In this document: positions 41,647 to 57,169 of the stretch, piece by piece | How positions within the stretch are numbered: the first letter of the stretch is position 1 | Layout of the letters: each line of letters starts with the position of its first letter | Origin: Octopus vulgaris | Taxonomy: Eukaryota | Length of the DNA stretch: 64,000 nucleotides | Reading direction: 5' to 3' | Assembly: GCA_951406725.2 (NCBI GenBank) | Contig: OX597816.1 | Span: forward strand, 139,500,001-139,564,000 | The notes under the pieces: generated by a model | Told to the model about the DNA's origin: nothing | The model's database searches: none | The model's input: the letters and a program-made list of their open reading frames with translations, nothing else | Position numbers and translations under genes: made by a program

Positions 41647-42252
41647 CCATAGTAACGAAGCTAAAGCATGCAAAGTGAAGCCGCTTGCCAAAAATTGACC
41701 TTGGACTGTGCTGTGCATGTGCACTAAGTTTTAACTTTGTAGCTCACTTCTGCTGTTTACTGCAGTCCTCAGACGAAACGTTTGTAGCGTGTAATCGTCG
41801 TATTGACCATGAAAGAGGAAGTTGTCATGGCGACACCTGCTCTGAGGCCTATGCAATGTTGCAGAAAGTGTATGGAGAGGAGTGTATGAGCCACACACAA
41901 GTCGACGAGTGGTTCAGACGTTTCCAAAATGGCAGAAAAAATGCTGATATTGACGAACGCTCTAGGAGACCCGCAACCAGCAGAACTGAGATGTGCGTGC
42001 AGCTGTGTGGGGAAATCGCTGAATCACCATCCATGAGTTATCAGGGTATGTACAGATTAGTTGTGGCTCAGTTCAGTCTATTATCACTGAAGTTTTAAGT
42101 ATGAGACGCGTGTTTGCCAAGTTTGTGCCAAAACTTGATACAGATTCTCATGCACAACAGAGTTCAATGTAAATCTGTGACAGGCAGCTTCGATCTGCAT
42201 TCTTTAGTTTCGTTACTATGGCAACAGTCCGGATACTCATTGATCAGACAAC

Positions 42253-42258
<6 letters not shown>
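41647..42258 (+). mobile_element. Internally deleted mariner
   Basis: SEAYAMLQKVYGEECMSHTQVDEWFRRFQNGR..DERSRRP N-terminal HTH; inverted subterminal CCATAGTAACGAAGCTAAAG / CTTTAGTTTCGTTACTATGG; right end followed by TA. Confidence 0.85.
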
Positions 42259-42310
<52 letters not shown>

Positions 42311-42330
42311 GCAGAGAGAGAGAGTGAGAG

Positions 42331-42378
<48 letters not shown>

Positions 42379-42931
42379 CGTGTGTGGATGCACGTATGAA
42401 TATATGTAATACACATACACACACATACACACATTAAACGAATATAATTTTGGAAAAATACTTCAGGGTGGGTGGGCAGTAGCATGTATTTGACCATCAA
42501 CGATTATTAGAAGTATGATAATTATCACACAAGATAAATACATGATTATTGTGAGCTTAATGTAAACTACCTTGGCCATAAATATGTTCCACCCCTTTTC
42601 CATCCCTCTGTTTTCACCTCAGCTATTTCTAACATGTTTTTTTTTTTCTGAGAAAACAAGGTTTTCTTCAAGTGAATGAAGAATAAAATTTGATATTTAG
42701 AATTTTTCTTACAAAATAATGCATATTGACGCTCTCACCTCGGAGCCAGTTGAGACAGTAACTGGAAGGACAAATCCGTAATTGCTTTAGTACGTTTGTG
42801 AGTGTCCATACATACTGTTAGTGCAGAGATGTACTACCCCCGACTCTAACTTGGTGCCTTTGTTATTAAAATACCTTGATTTTATTGTATCCTGAAGATT
42901 TTATACACACACACACACACATACACACATA

Positions 42932-42963
<32 letters not shown>

Positions 42964-44199
42964 TACACACTACACATACATATTTCAGATGTGATGTTTT
43001 ATTCGACGTTGACATACCACAAATACATTACTATATATATATATATATATATATATATGCATGTGTGTGTGTCTGTGCGTGAGCATGCGTATGTATATTT
43101 TGGCAAGTAGGTATGTTGGTGTGTAGGTAGGTTTGGCTTCAAAAGAAAGTAGAGTACAAATTAGGATTACCAGAAGAAAGAATGAAGTTTAAAAGAGTCG
43201 GAAGAAGAAAAAAGAAACGTATTTTAATTTAGTATTGTCAGTGTGATATGTTTGAGTGTGTTAGGCACAGCATATCAACAACATCCCACAAGTCACACTT
43301 TTTCCCATTAAGAGGCACCTCTTTAGTTCAAATTGATAGCAGATGTTTCACTACGGACAACTTTGAACCAGACTGCGGATATATCTACATCTGCTAATAA
43401 ATAGCTTCTGTGTGCGTGTATGCGCCGATGGTTTGTGAGTGTATCTCAAGGCTTGTGTTTGCTGTATGTCTATGGCTGGGAATGTATGAGTGACTGGGTT
43501 TTATGTTCATATATGTATGTATGAGTAGGTGTATGTATATGTGTATGTGTATGTGGGTGTGTTTGCATATGTGTGTGCGTGCTTGTATTGTGCGTGAATG
43601 TACGAGCTTACCTCTTGACAGCGCTTTATCAGAACTACTAACAAACAGACAAAAATATTTCGCAGTTGCGTGAACCTGAGTATTGCCGTGTAGTTAACAA
43701 AGAACGCGAACAAGGGTTCCGTTATACACAATTCCAGGTAATTATTTTTACCCAGGTATTCGCAAAGATATAAGCTTTTTTTTTTTGACTCCCGCAAATA
43801 TTTCCGGTCCTGTATTGATCACAGTACGACCTTTGACGGATCAAGATGAACCAAGATGGATCAAGACGGACCAACATACTCGATTCCAAGCAGATGCATA
43901 TAACTATTTGAGCAACACTTCCCTCAGTATTTGACACCGACATGACATCTGTTTGTGAGTAGCGTCATGTCGGAGATGAAGTTTGTCACCGCTCTACAAG
44001 CTTATTGCAGAATTTTACTATTCCAATTTTCTTCTTAATTAGTATTTAGTTGTTTACGCGGGTTTATGCCTATCTCCACTTACCTTTGTCCTTATATGTT
44101 CCTAAGTGTTATTTAAGGCCCTTGCGGGCAATAATGACTCTATTACTATTATTTTCTCTTTATCACAGATTTTGTTGGAGCTCCTTGAGTCTTGCATGC

Positions 44200-44448
44200 G
44201 TAGCGGGCTTGCTACCTGCAGCCTACGGTACCATGCTATTCGTTCTTTTCAGCTATCTAATACTTTTTTTTATTATTCTGGCTGTGCCAAGGAGGCACTG
44301 TAACAGTTCTATTCGGCACTCTGTTCCAATTTCCTTTCTATTCCCCTTGATGCTTTCTGATACTGTTCCCAAGATCCCAACAACAATTGGCACTATATTC
44401 ATCTTCTTCATTTTCCATAGCCGTGCTACTTCGTACATAAGAGGATTG

Positions 44449-44519
<71 letters not shown>

Positions 44520-45915
44520 ATCTATCTATCTATCTTTTCGCCTTCCTTCTTGACTATTCGTGTGTCAAAGGGGCATGCAACGTCAACTATACAGCATATG
44601 TGGTGCACCTTGTTTACTACCACTAGGTCTAATCTGTTGTGCTCTAGCATCTGATCTGCTTGGATAAGGAAATCCCAGAGGATTTTGCTAGTCTCCGACT
44701 CTGTCACTCTCTGTAGTTTGTGCTCCTACCACGTTTTGCCTCTCTCTAGCCCCCATTTTTCGTACAATTTCTAATGTAACATTCGCTACATGGTTGTGTC
44801 GCCACAACTTGTAGTGGTTTGGGGCAAGTCTAGGGCATTCGTTCGTGATATGGGCATTGGTTTCATCCACTCTATTGCAGATGCGGCACAGCGGAGACAC
44901 TTGCTCAGGGTGACCCTTCTGCACGTGACCAGAGCTTTGTCCTACGCTGCCCGTATAGTGGTCTCGATCTCTCTTTTTAGGGATCCTTTCATCAGCCAAC
45001 CCCACCTATTTTTCCAGCAACTTCTGTTGTGGCTACATGGAATTGATTGTGTAGTCCGTTCCTGCGTAATTCTTTTTCGTTTTCCCTTTTTTTCTCTGCT
45101 CTCAATAATCCCTCATTCCTAACTGTCGCTAGCAAGGTTTCCTTACTTTGGGCTAGGAATCTCATTAAGCTCTCGAGTTCGATCCGCGCGCAGTCTTCCA
45201 CACTTATCAGTCCCTTTCCTCCCTTTGCTCTCTTCATGTTTTGGCGATCAGTGTCTGCACGTCCATACATCGTTAGGTGCTTTCTTGACTTCCTGTTCAT
45301 CACCTTTAGCTCCTCCTCTGTCCACTTCAGGAATCCAGCGCCATACCGAACTACTGCGACTACGTATGAGTTTATTGCCGAAATTATGTTTCTGGCATTC
45401 AACTTTGAAGCCAATATTTTTCTCACTCACCGTAGGTACTCTCTTATTTGTCTATTCCCTTATGTCGTAGTGTTTTATTTCATCTACCTCAAGTATTCCC
45501 AGGTATTTATAGCTGGAGTGAGGTTGAACTGCCTTAATCATTTCACCACTTAGCAACCATATGCCTTCTCTCCTGACAAGCTTTCCTCGTCTAATCACCA
45601 TTGTACCACATTTTGAGAGTTCAAACTCCATCTCGATATCATTGGAGAAAATCTGCACAGACTGCACTAGGCTGTCCAGTTCTGCCTCAGTTTTTGTGAA
45701 TAGCTTCAGATCACCCATGAATAGAAAGTGGTTCAGTTTTCCTTTACCTCTTCCCGGATCATACTCACCTTTGTTTTCTATAGTATTTCACTCAGCATGA
45801 ATATCAATGGGGGCCATTGTCCTCCTGGAAGATTCCTCTCCTGATTTTCACCCCTCCCAGTATTTGCTTCCTTGCTGTCAATTCCGTTCTCCAGTGTTTC
45901 ATGCTATTCCATGTA
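44200..45915 (-). mobile_element. R4/Dong-like RLE LINE 3' half (RT end, CCHC, RLE), degraded
   Basis: GDLKLF, YKYLG, KLNARNIISAIN, GGKGLISVEDC, CRIC..DET.AHITNEC, RHNHVA, ILWDF..NRLDLVVV..IVDVACP, IVPIVVGILG. Confidence 0.9.
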
Positions 45916-45929
45916 ATATATTATTATTA

Positions 45930-46904
<975 letters not shown>

Positions 46905-46994
46905 TATTATTATTATTATTATCATTATTATTATTGTCATTATTATTATTATTATTATCATTATTATTATTATCAGTAGTAGTAGTAGTAGCAA

Positions 46995-47057
<63 letters not shown>

Positions 47058-47159
47058 TATTATTATTATCATCATTATTACTATTATTATTACTATTATT
47101 ATTATTATTACTATTATTATTATTATTACTATTATTATTACTATTATTATTATTATTAC

Positions 47160-47205
<46 letters not shown>

Positions 47206-47326
47206 ACTATTATTATTATTATTACTATTATTATTATTATTATCATCATTATTACTATTATTATTACTATTATTATTGCTATTATTATTAGTATTATTAT
47301 TATATTATTATTACTATTATTATTAC

Positions 47327-47381
<55 letters not shown>

Positions 47382-47503
47382 GTATGGAAAGTGTTCTGCG
47401 TAGGATGTGTGCAGTGCCTAGTAGTGCAATTTTCTGTATGTTTTAGAGACACGTTGTCATCAGCAGGTATTGATACATCAATTAGAAAGCATTTTTTTTC
47501 TTC

Positions 47504-47588
<85 letters not shown>

Positions 47589-47885
47589 CAATGAGAGAAC
47601 TGCATGCCATCATGATGATACTGGAGTACAAATATACGAAGCCCAATATACCCGTCATGACTACCTGACTGATAATGATACACCAGGCACATGCACCACG
47701 ATCATATGTTCACGACATTATGATCTCATATCAAGATAAACATCACATGACTTTGCAGGTGGGCCCAGTTAGATTATTCTTCAGGTTGAGCAGCCTGTCC
47801 CGCTCAAATGGTCCTTGAATAAGGGTTGTTTAAGGATGTTGAACGAAGCATCCATGTGTCCGGAGGGCATTCATTACTATTATTA

Positions 47886-47964
<79 letters not shown>

Positions 47965-47993
47965 TATTGTTATTATTGTTATTATTGTTATTA

Positions 47994-48092
<99 letters not shown>
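46905..48092. repeat. Long (ATT)n/(GTT)n arrays containing a deleted Dong piece (47381-47503) and a family D piece (47592-47870)
   Basis: Seen directly. Confidence 0.9.
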
Positions 48093-48338
48093 GCACGCAC
48101 GCACGCCAAACAAAATGCTTATTAGTATTTCGTGGCATGTGTGTGTGTGTGTGTGTGTGTGTTAATGTATGTGTATGTACGTGTGTGAGTATGTATATAT
48201 TTACGCACATACACAGATATATGCACAGACAACAGACAGAAAGACAAGCAGACAGACACTCAGGCAGACAGATACTCAGGCAGACAGACATTCAAGCAGA
48301 CAGACACTCAGGCAGACAGACAGACAGATCGATCGATC

Positions 48339-48407
<69 letters not shown>

Positions 48408-50919
48408 ACAATAACGAGGTCAATTCATTTTGGTAGGTTTCGCGAGACGCTTTTGGATTTTCTTGATATCCGTTCTAGGCATATTCAAGAATGGGTTGTT
48501 TGCGTCTAATATTAAAAAATGTAGATATGAAGAGTAGTCCCAATATTCAAAGTCTCAGATAAAACCAAAAAACCTAATAAATATTTGTCATGCTGACTTC
48601 ATCGTCTACGCCATGTATGTACTTGCGCAGCTTATTCAGTCACACCACAGCCTCTACATATATTTGCTGAAGCTCACGTGCCTGTTTCGTTTTTAGTTGT
48701 AAGCACAAAGGTCTTGTCGTTGATGATGTTCTGTATTTCTGTTCAATCCTGTTCAAGCGGATCCTTGGCATATTCGTAGTTGGTCGAACGTATGAATTTG
48801 AACAAAAAAAATCCATCGGTATGCAATTACCATACATCGACCTTGTTGAAGGTCCAGTGCACCCCATTAGCGACGGGCATGTTAGTCAGACTTTAAAAAA
48901 GTATTGCGGGAAGATTTCTGTAAACTGTATTTTCTAAATTCGAAGGTGCACCATTAAATAATAAGGGGGCAGTGCCGTCCAGTGCACTCTATTAGTGACG
49001 GGCATGTTAGTCAGATATCAAGAAATGTAATGCAGGAAGATTTGAATAGTGAGGGAGCAGTGCCGTCTTGTGTCCAGCCCACCCACCTTAGCGACGGGCA
49101 TGTTTGACATGGAGCGATTTATTTATACACCTTGAAGAAATCTACTCGTTTCTATTTCGTCGGTTTAAGATAGCAGTAAAACTTACCAAGTAACGAGGAT
49201 TTCAGTATCCTGCATTACAGGTTTCATCTTTTAGTTACCCTCCGTTTTTATCGCATTTAAACTGTAAATCATCCGCTTGATTCGTCTTGCCCTTTCAATT
49301 GTCATTCATGTACCCGACTCTTCACAAATTATCAAATGGTTTTCTTCAGAATTTAATGTCCAGTATTGAATCTAAACATGTTTTGCCTTGGAATAATGTT
49401 TAAACTTATCTTAAGACAGGAAATGACATGGTTGACAAAACATTACTGGTTTATATAAAGTCGACTGCTAATGTTGATACTGATTCTCGACTTGCTAGTC
49501 GTCTCTGGCAATTATAATTTTCTTTATTTCAATCATATCATAGCCCTTTGCGTTAGAGCTTCTGATATTTGCCGTTTGAGGATCTGAGATGTTTTATGAT
49601 ATGTCACATCATTCAATTAGTGAAAAGGTTTTGATGGCTTGCCTTTGAACTCGGTTCATTTGAAATAAATCTTGTTTACAGCTCAGAAACGCAATATCAC
49701 ATTATCACATACTTCAAATATGGGCTGACTATTGACTTATATAAACAAGATATTATACTCTTGTATCTTCTTACAAAATTCCTTTTATCAAACCCAATTA
49801 TTGGTTAGATTTTTTTTCACTTCTTCCACAGCTGTTACCAAGTGTTTATATGAAACTTGGAGTCATTATGTATTGTCTCTTTCTATTTCTTAAACATGCA
49901 CATGTTTAGAAACACACATGCGCACAAGAGCAAAGAAAAGTGTTGACACGTGTATACCGACATGCATATATGTAGATATGTAGTTTTTGTTTTGTGTTGT
50001 GTGTGTGTGTATGCATCTGTGTGTGAGTAGGCATATATGTATATATATACATGCAAAGGGATAAGGACATAGAGATATACAAATATTTATGGATTTTTAC
50101 GCACACACACATACATACATACGTATATATGTGTGCGTGTGTATGTATGTATGTATATGTAAATGTATGTATGTTTATGTATGTATATATTTTGTTATAC
50201 TTGTACGGAATATACTGAAGTATTAGAAGAGAAAATGAGAATTTTCAGAAGTATATATATATAATCTTCAGTAGACTAAATTACCACGTGTGAAAACTGT
50301 GCGCAAAGTATATGAAATATGCGTCAATTTACAAATATATATAAATGTGAGTTTGTGTGTGTGTGTCTGTGTGTGTAGGGATGTATGTGTATGCGTATGC
50401 CTTTGTGTGTGCATACAAAATGATATATACTTACAAGTAGAATTGTTTAACATGAATGTTCACATATGGGAATCGGATGCATTGAAATCGGGTATATATA
50501 TATGTAATACAAAATGGGACAAGAACGCAAAAGATCCGGACAACTAGGTGATACAAAAAAGGGACAACAAAACATCCAGATACAAAAAAACAAGGACGGG
50601 TCAGTCGAAGCTTTCTATCCTCAGTCAAGAACCAGATCATCATCGCATTTTCGGCTGATTAATCTTGAGATTGCTCCAATCTGGCCAGCCCCAAGGAAAA
50701 ACTAAGCTAAGAACATTAGATTCCTTGGAACAAAGTATCGAATGTATACAAAAACAAGGATGGAAAAACAGACAATGTTGCATAAATATAAATACAATAA
50801 AAATAATAACAGGATATAACAACAGGTGTCTTTCGACAGGGAACGAATTGAATTGAGCTGGCGCGTGTGGAAATGAAGCTTTACGGCAGAGATACAATAT
50901 ATGTATATCTTAATTTTTT

Positions 50920-51245
50920 TCAACCATTTGACTGCAGACATGCTGGAGCACCGCCTTTAGTCGAACAAATCAACCCCAGGACTTATTCCTTGTTGCCCAG
51001 GTACTTATTCTATCGGTCTCATTTGCCGAACTGCTGGGCTACGGAGACGTAAACAAACAAGCATAGGTTACCAAGCGATGGAGGGGGTGGACAAACACAG
51101 ACACACAACCCCCCCAGTCACAAATCTTTGGGCGTCCCGAGGCTAGAGTAGAAGACTCTTGCCCAATGTGCCACGCAGTGGGACTGAACCCGGAGCCATA
51201 TGGTTGGTAAGCAAGCTAATAACTACACAGTCACTCCTACGCCTA
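50920..51245 (-). mobile_element. SINE family B
   Basis: Head and tail motifs. Confidence 0.8.
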
Positions 51246-51552
51246 TATATATATTTTTTCAATTTATATTATTATATATATGTGTATGTATATGTATATA
51301 TATATATATATATATTATTCAAAACACTGATTCGGAATCTGCGCTCCGCATCAAATTGTTTTGAATAATACATGTAACTCCCAATAAATGTGTTTGAGTG
51401 CCCTGTCTTTCCTTCGTCCACTCACTCATACGCGCGCACACACACACATACACACATATACACATACATATTTATATATATATATATATATACACATATA
51501 TACACACACATTCATATGTATATATATGTGCATATATGAATATACATATATA

Positions 51553-51912
<360 letters not shown>

Positions 51913-52536
51913 GTATATATGTGTGTGTACACGTATATAAAAAGTATGTGCATGTAACTATGTATACGTGTGCGAATGTGTATGTAGGTGTGTATATATG
52001 TGTATGCGTGCCTCCGTGCGCGGATGTGTGTTAGTGCGCGCGCATGTCCCTGTCTTTATCGGACCGACTATCTATCAAATTCACTCAAATGTTAAACAAC
52101 GTTTGCAGAGCAAAGCCATATCTGTCATGAGCCGGCAATCTGACTACTGATGTCGACTCGAATTTCCGATAATTTGACAGCGTGACACGGGTATCTCTGC
52201 ACTGGCACATCCGTCACCAAGAACCCAGTTACCAACACAGAAAAAAGCCAATGTAAAAAATAACAAAACATTTTATTAATAACTATTAATTGTCGGTCCT
52301 AAGTTGTATATCGAGGCAATTTTGGGATCTACAAAGGATGCTTACAACCAGAATGATTCAGGGAATAAATGGCTATATATTTACTCTCATAAACGCAGTC
52401 AAATGAGAGGAAAGAAGGAAAAAAGACAAAGCGGAATAAACAAATAAATAAAAAGACAGAGGGAGCCCAGAATATATTGACAGATAAGTCGATACATCGA
52501 CTCATTGATAGATAGGTAGATAGATAGATAGATAGA

Positions 52537-53203
52537 TCTTTATTAGCCACACAGGGCTGCACACAGATAGAACAAATTACAAGGTAGAGCTTTTCTTTTG
52601 AAGGTTTAAGAAAAAAAAAAAAAAAAAAGGAAGGGGAGTTTCGATCAAAAGGGATCGTAAAAGGAAGAAAGAGGACAAAAAAAGGGGTTTAAAAAAAAGG
52701 GGGGAGGAAAAAAATTGATCAATAGGGATCGTTATCACAGAAATGTCAATATGAAGTGTAAAGGGGAGGACAGGTGAGGTTTACCCGTGCAAAGAAAAGC
52801 CTACGGAAAAGACCACGGTAACCTCGGTCAATGATGTCACATTTTATATTTCTTTTTTTTTTTTGCAAATAAGCAACTCTCTGTTTTCGATTTCTGGGTT
52901 CATAGGACTATGCTCAAGGTGGCTTCGTCATTCATACGTGCCATTCTTGCTACATTCACCCATCTTTTTTAAAACATTCGCTAGACAAAACTTGCCTCTC
53001 TACTCTCACTTTCCTTTTCAAGTGGTACTTGAAGAAGTTGATGAGAGATTGACCGCAGCTCGTCTCCATGACCGAACTGCAGTCGTGGATCAAAAAGAGG
53101 CCGAGGAAGGGCGAATGGCACCGCGAGTGTCGCGTTGAGATGCGGTCAGAGCGACGAAACCGTTCTGCACGCACTCGTTCAGTGTCCAACAATTTCCGAC
53201 CTG
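52537..53203 (-). mobile_element. Tx1-like LINE 3' end with an inverted 5' segment, flanked by (GATA)n
   Basis: Minus strand: GQSLINFFKYHLKRKVRVERQVLSSECFKK, 3'UTR, AATAAA, (ATCT)n. Plus strand 53053-53203: PQLVSMTELQSWIKKRPRKGEWHRECRV and RCGQSDETVLHALVQCPTISDL. Confidence 0.85.
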
Positions 53204-53267
<64 letters not shown>

Positions 53268-53402
53268 GATGGATAGATAGATAGATAAATAAATAACTAG
53301 ATAGATAGATAAATGGATAGAGAAAGAAAGATAGATAGATAGATATATAGATAGATAGATAGATAGATAACTATATATATATATATATATATATAGACAG
53401 AC

Positions 53403-53469
<67 letters not shown>

Positions 53470-53527
53470 GAAAGATCGAACCGAAAACTGAGACAGGCAT
53501 GGACAGATAACAGTGTATGTCTATCTG

Positions 53528-53578
<51 letters not shown>

Positions 53579-53583
53579 GTCTA

Positions 53584-53619
<36 letters not shown>

Positions 53620-53790
53620 CATATATATAACAACTTGCAGTGCCCTGGACTTCATAATGGAATGTGAGACAGATATATACATAGATACACATAGTCTCTC
53701 TCTATCTCTATCTCTCTCTTTCACTCTCTCTCTTTATCTATGTATATACACACACACATATATACATACACATATACATATATAAAGAAT

Positions 53791-53839
<49 letters not shown>

Positions 53840-53843
<4 letters not shown>

Positions 53844-54240
53844 CTTTTATTTGTCTCAGTCATTTGGCTGCGGCACTGCTAGAGCACCGCCTTGAAGTGT
53901 TTTTTAGTGGAACAAATCGATTCCGCGACTTATGTTTTGTTTTAAGCCTAGTACTTATTCTATCGGTGTATTTTGCTGAACTGCTAAGTTACGGGGACAT
54001 AAACACAAGAACACTGGTTGTCAAGCGGTGATGAGGGGGACAAACAAAGACACAAAGACACGCAAACACACACACACATACGATGGTCTTCTTTCAGTTT
54101 CCGTCTACTAAATCCACTCATAAGGCTTAGGTCAGCCTGAGGCTATAGCAGAAAACACTTGCCCAAGATGCCACGCAGTGGAACTGAACCCAAAACCATG
54201 TGGTTGGGAAGCAAGCTTCTTACCACACAGCCTCGCCTGC
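53840..54240 (-). mobile_element. SINE family B, full bipartite copy
   Basis: tRNA/CORE-like head, internal (CA)n, tail module. Confidence 0.85.
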
Positions 54241-54289
<49 letters not shown>

Positions 54290-54539
54290 TGTGTGTGTAT
54301 GTGTGTGTATGTGTGTGTGTGTGGTGTGTACGTGTGTGTGTGTGTGTATGTAGATTATTTTCGCTGTTGTAGCTTAATGTTGGTGGAAATGGTTTTGAAG
54401 GTAGCAGTGCTTTAAAACGACGAGACTAGTACTTGAATTGTAGTATTATTGTTTATAGCGACAGTCTTGTTTCAGTGGTGTCTGTGATATTGTAATGGCC
54501 GTGGTCTCGGTGATAGTGTCAAATTTGCTGAGGAAGGGA

Positions 54540-55000
54540 TCATGGCTGTGTGACTAACAAGCCAGCTTTGCAACCACGTGCTTTCGAGTTCACTCCTACT
54601 GTGTTCCACTTTGGGCAAGTGTCTTCTACTATAGCCGCGGGGCCATCAATGCCTCGTGAGTGAATTTGGTTAATGAAAACAGTGTGGAAACCCATCGTAG
54701 CTATAAACGTGTGGCTTTCTGTCGGTGCTTGCCTCCCACCATCGCTTGACAACCGGCGTTGGCTTGTCTACCCCCTCGTAACTTGGCGGTTCCGCAAAAG
54801 ACATCGATAGCATAAGTACCAGACCTTATATATATACATCTATATATATATACATCTCTTTGTTGTCTCCACCACCTGTCTTCGCCTTTTTTTGTGTGAA
54901 TTCCCCCCTTACATATATATATATATATATACAGGGGTAGATCTGTTCGACTAATTCCTTCAGCATACCCTAGCATAGCCGCAGTCCAATAACTGAAACT
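54540..55000 (+). mobile_element. SINE family B, degraded, with an internal TA-flanked insert
   Basis: Head and tail motifs; the insert at 54850-54910 resembles the reverse complement of the start of 19672. Confidence 0.7.
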
Positions 55001-55150
55001 TGAGGCGGCGGTGTTGGTGGTAGTGGTAGTAGTGGCAATAGAAATGATGGTGGTGGTGGTGGTGGTGGTTGACGTCATCTGGTAGTAGTGGTAGTGATGG
55101 TGTTGCTGGTGGTGGTAGTAGTTGTAGTAATAGTGTTGGTGATGTTGGTA

Positions 55151-55199
<49 letters not shown>

Positions 55200-56575
55200 C
55201 TGTTGTTGTTGTTATTGTAGTTGTTTAGCCACAGGTCGGCCCCGACCAGTCGAACTTATGATCGATAGCATTCTAATCGTTACAAACCATCCTGAATTTT
55301 CTCTCAGGTACCAATGTTCACACACTGGTCAATACTTTCTCCAAGGTATCCTATTTTGTTGTTGCTATTGTTGTTGATTTTGCAATTCTGGACCGTTGGT
55401 CTGAGGGATATTTGACTGCTATGCTTAGGCAGCACGAGTAACAACGTTGAGACTCATTCGTTGGCTCGAGGCATTAGATGTTGTTTTGTTACTAATGCTT
55501 GTTCTTGTTGTTGGAGTCGATTCTGGCGATGGTGGTGGAGGTGGTGGTCGTGGTCATGTTGTTGTTCTTTTGTTTCAGCTGCTAGTATTGTGGCTGCTTG
55601 TGCCATTTTTATTGTTGTTGTTATTGTCGTTGTTGTTTCCGTAGAGTTAATGATTGAGACATGTCTCGGCAGCCATGTTGTTATTGTCTGTCATCACATC
55701 AGTCAGCTAGGGCTACCAGCAGCTTTCTCCTTGGATATATATCTCCTTCCCTACCCCGCTTACAAACATTATTTTGTCTTGTTTCTTCGTTTTTTTTATT
55801 TTTATTTTTTTCAATATCCTCTCTCGACGAACCGTGAAAGATTTATGGCCGACGCTCTGTTATTATTACACGGGAAGTGGGCGGCGGATCAACAGAATCA
55901 ATGGCGTGTCAAAGTAAAAGGCTTAATGGTTTTTTATTTACTTCGCTTTTACATTCCGAGTTCAAATCCAACTGAGATCGTATTTTCCTTTCATCCTTGC
56001 AGGATTGATAAATGAGTCCTAGTCAAGTATTATGACCTTGGGTCTGTGTAAGAAATCATTATTACAGAAGCATAGACCCTGTGCAGAGACCGTAGAGTAG
56101 CGAACTAAAGATTTCGTTGTGCGATATTTCGTTACGTCCTTCATGCTTGTATAAATACCAGTTGAAATATGTATAGAGCTGATACGTCTGACACAAAGCC
56201 CAGTTCAACACCAGACCCGTATAACGAAACCTCATAGTGGTCGGTGGACGTGTAAGAAACAGCAGCAACATATTCTTCAAATATTACTTTGCAGATTTCT
56301 AACAAATCTTTCTTTTACTTGTTTCATTCTTTAGACTGCTGCTATGTTGGGTCGTGAAGGGTTTAGTCGAACAAATCCACGGCACAATTTTTGGTGAACC
56401 TCTAAGTTACGGGGAAGTAAACAAATTGACATCGGTTGTCAAGTGGTTATGGTGGACAAACACTAAAACGCTCGCGCACGCACTCTCACGCACATATACA
56501 CACACGCACAGACACACACACCTATACACATATACATTTACATTTATATATATACATTAAATTAATAATTATATA

Positions 56576-56629
<54 letters not shown>

Positions 56630-56707
56630 TTCTAGTTTCAGCTCAGAGCTGCGGCCATGCTGATGCACCGCCGTTATATATATATATATATATATATAAT
56701 ATTTTAA

Positions 56708-57142
56708 GGGAGAAAGTCAAAACAAGCCTTATCTCCTCCATATTGAATTAATGTGCAAACATTACGAAGCTACCGAAACAATTCCATAAATACATACAAT
56801 TGAAAGCGGCTGGTGAGAAGATATTTAAAGAAAGACTCCACATTAATTGCGAATTAGCTAATTTCAAGATTAAAATCTTAAATATATTTTCTTATATCTT
56901 CAGCGTAATATATGTATTTAAAAAATACAAACAAGTGTTAATACATACCCGTAACAAAGCGAGTTTGCACGTCTATGCACAAACACTTGCAAGTATAGAT
57001 TCGAAAAAGTCAGATTAAAATCCTCCCATGACGACCTCATATATTTATATCAAAAATAGGATTGCAAAAAATGTGGGTTCTTGATGAGGAGTAAAAATAT
57101 AACACTAATATTTTATTTATTTATTTGTTTTGACTTTCTCGC
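56708..57142. mobile_element. Putative Kolobok-like MITE
   Basis: TTAA|GGGAGAAAGTCAAAACAA ... TTGTTTTGACTTTCTCGC|TAA inverted termini. Confidence 0.5.
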
Positions 57143-57169
57143 TAACGTCTTCCGTAGTATTATATAAAA

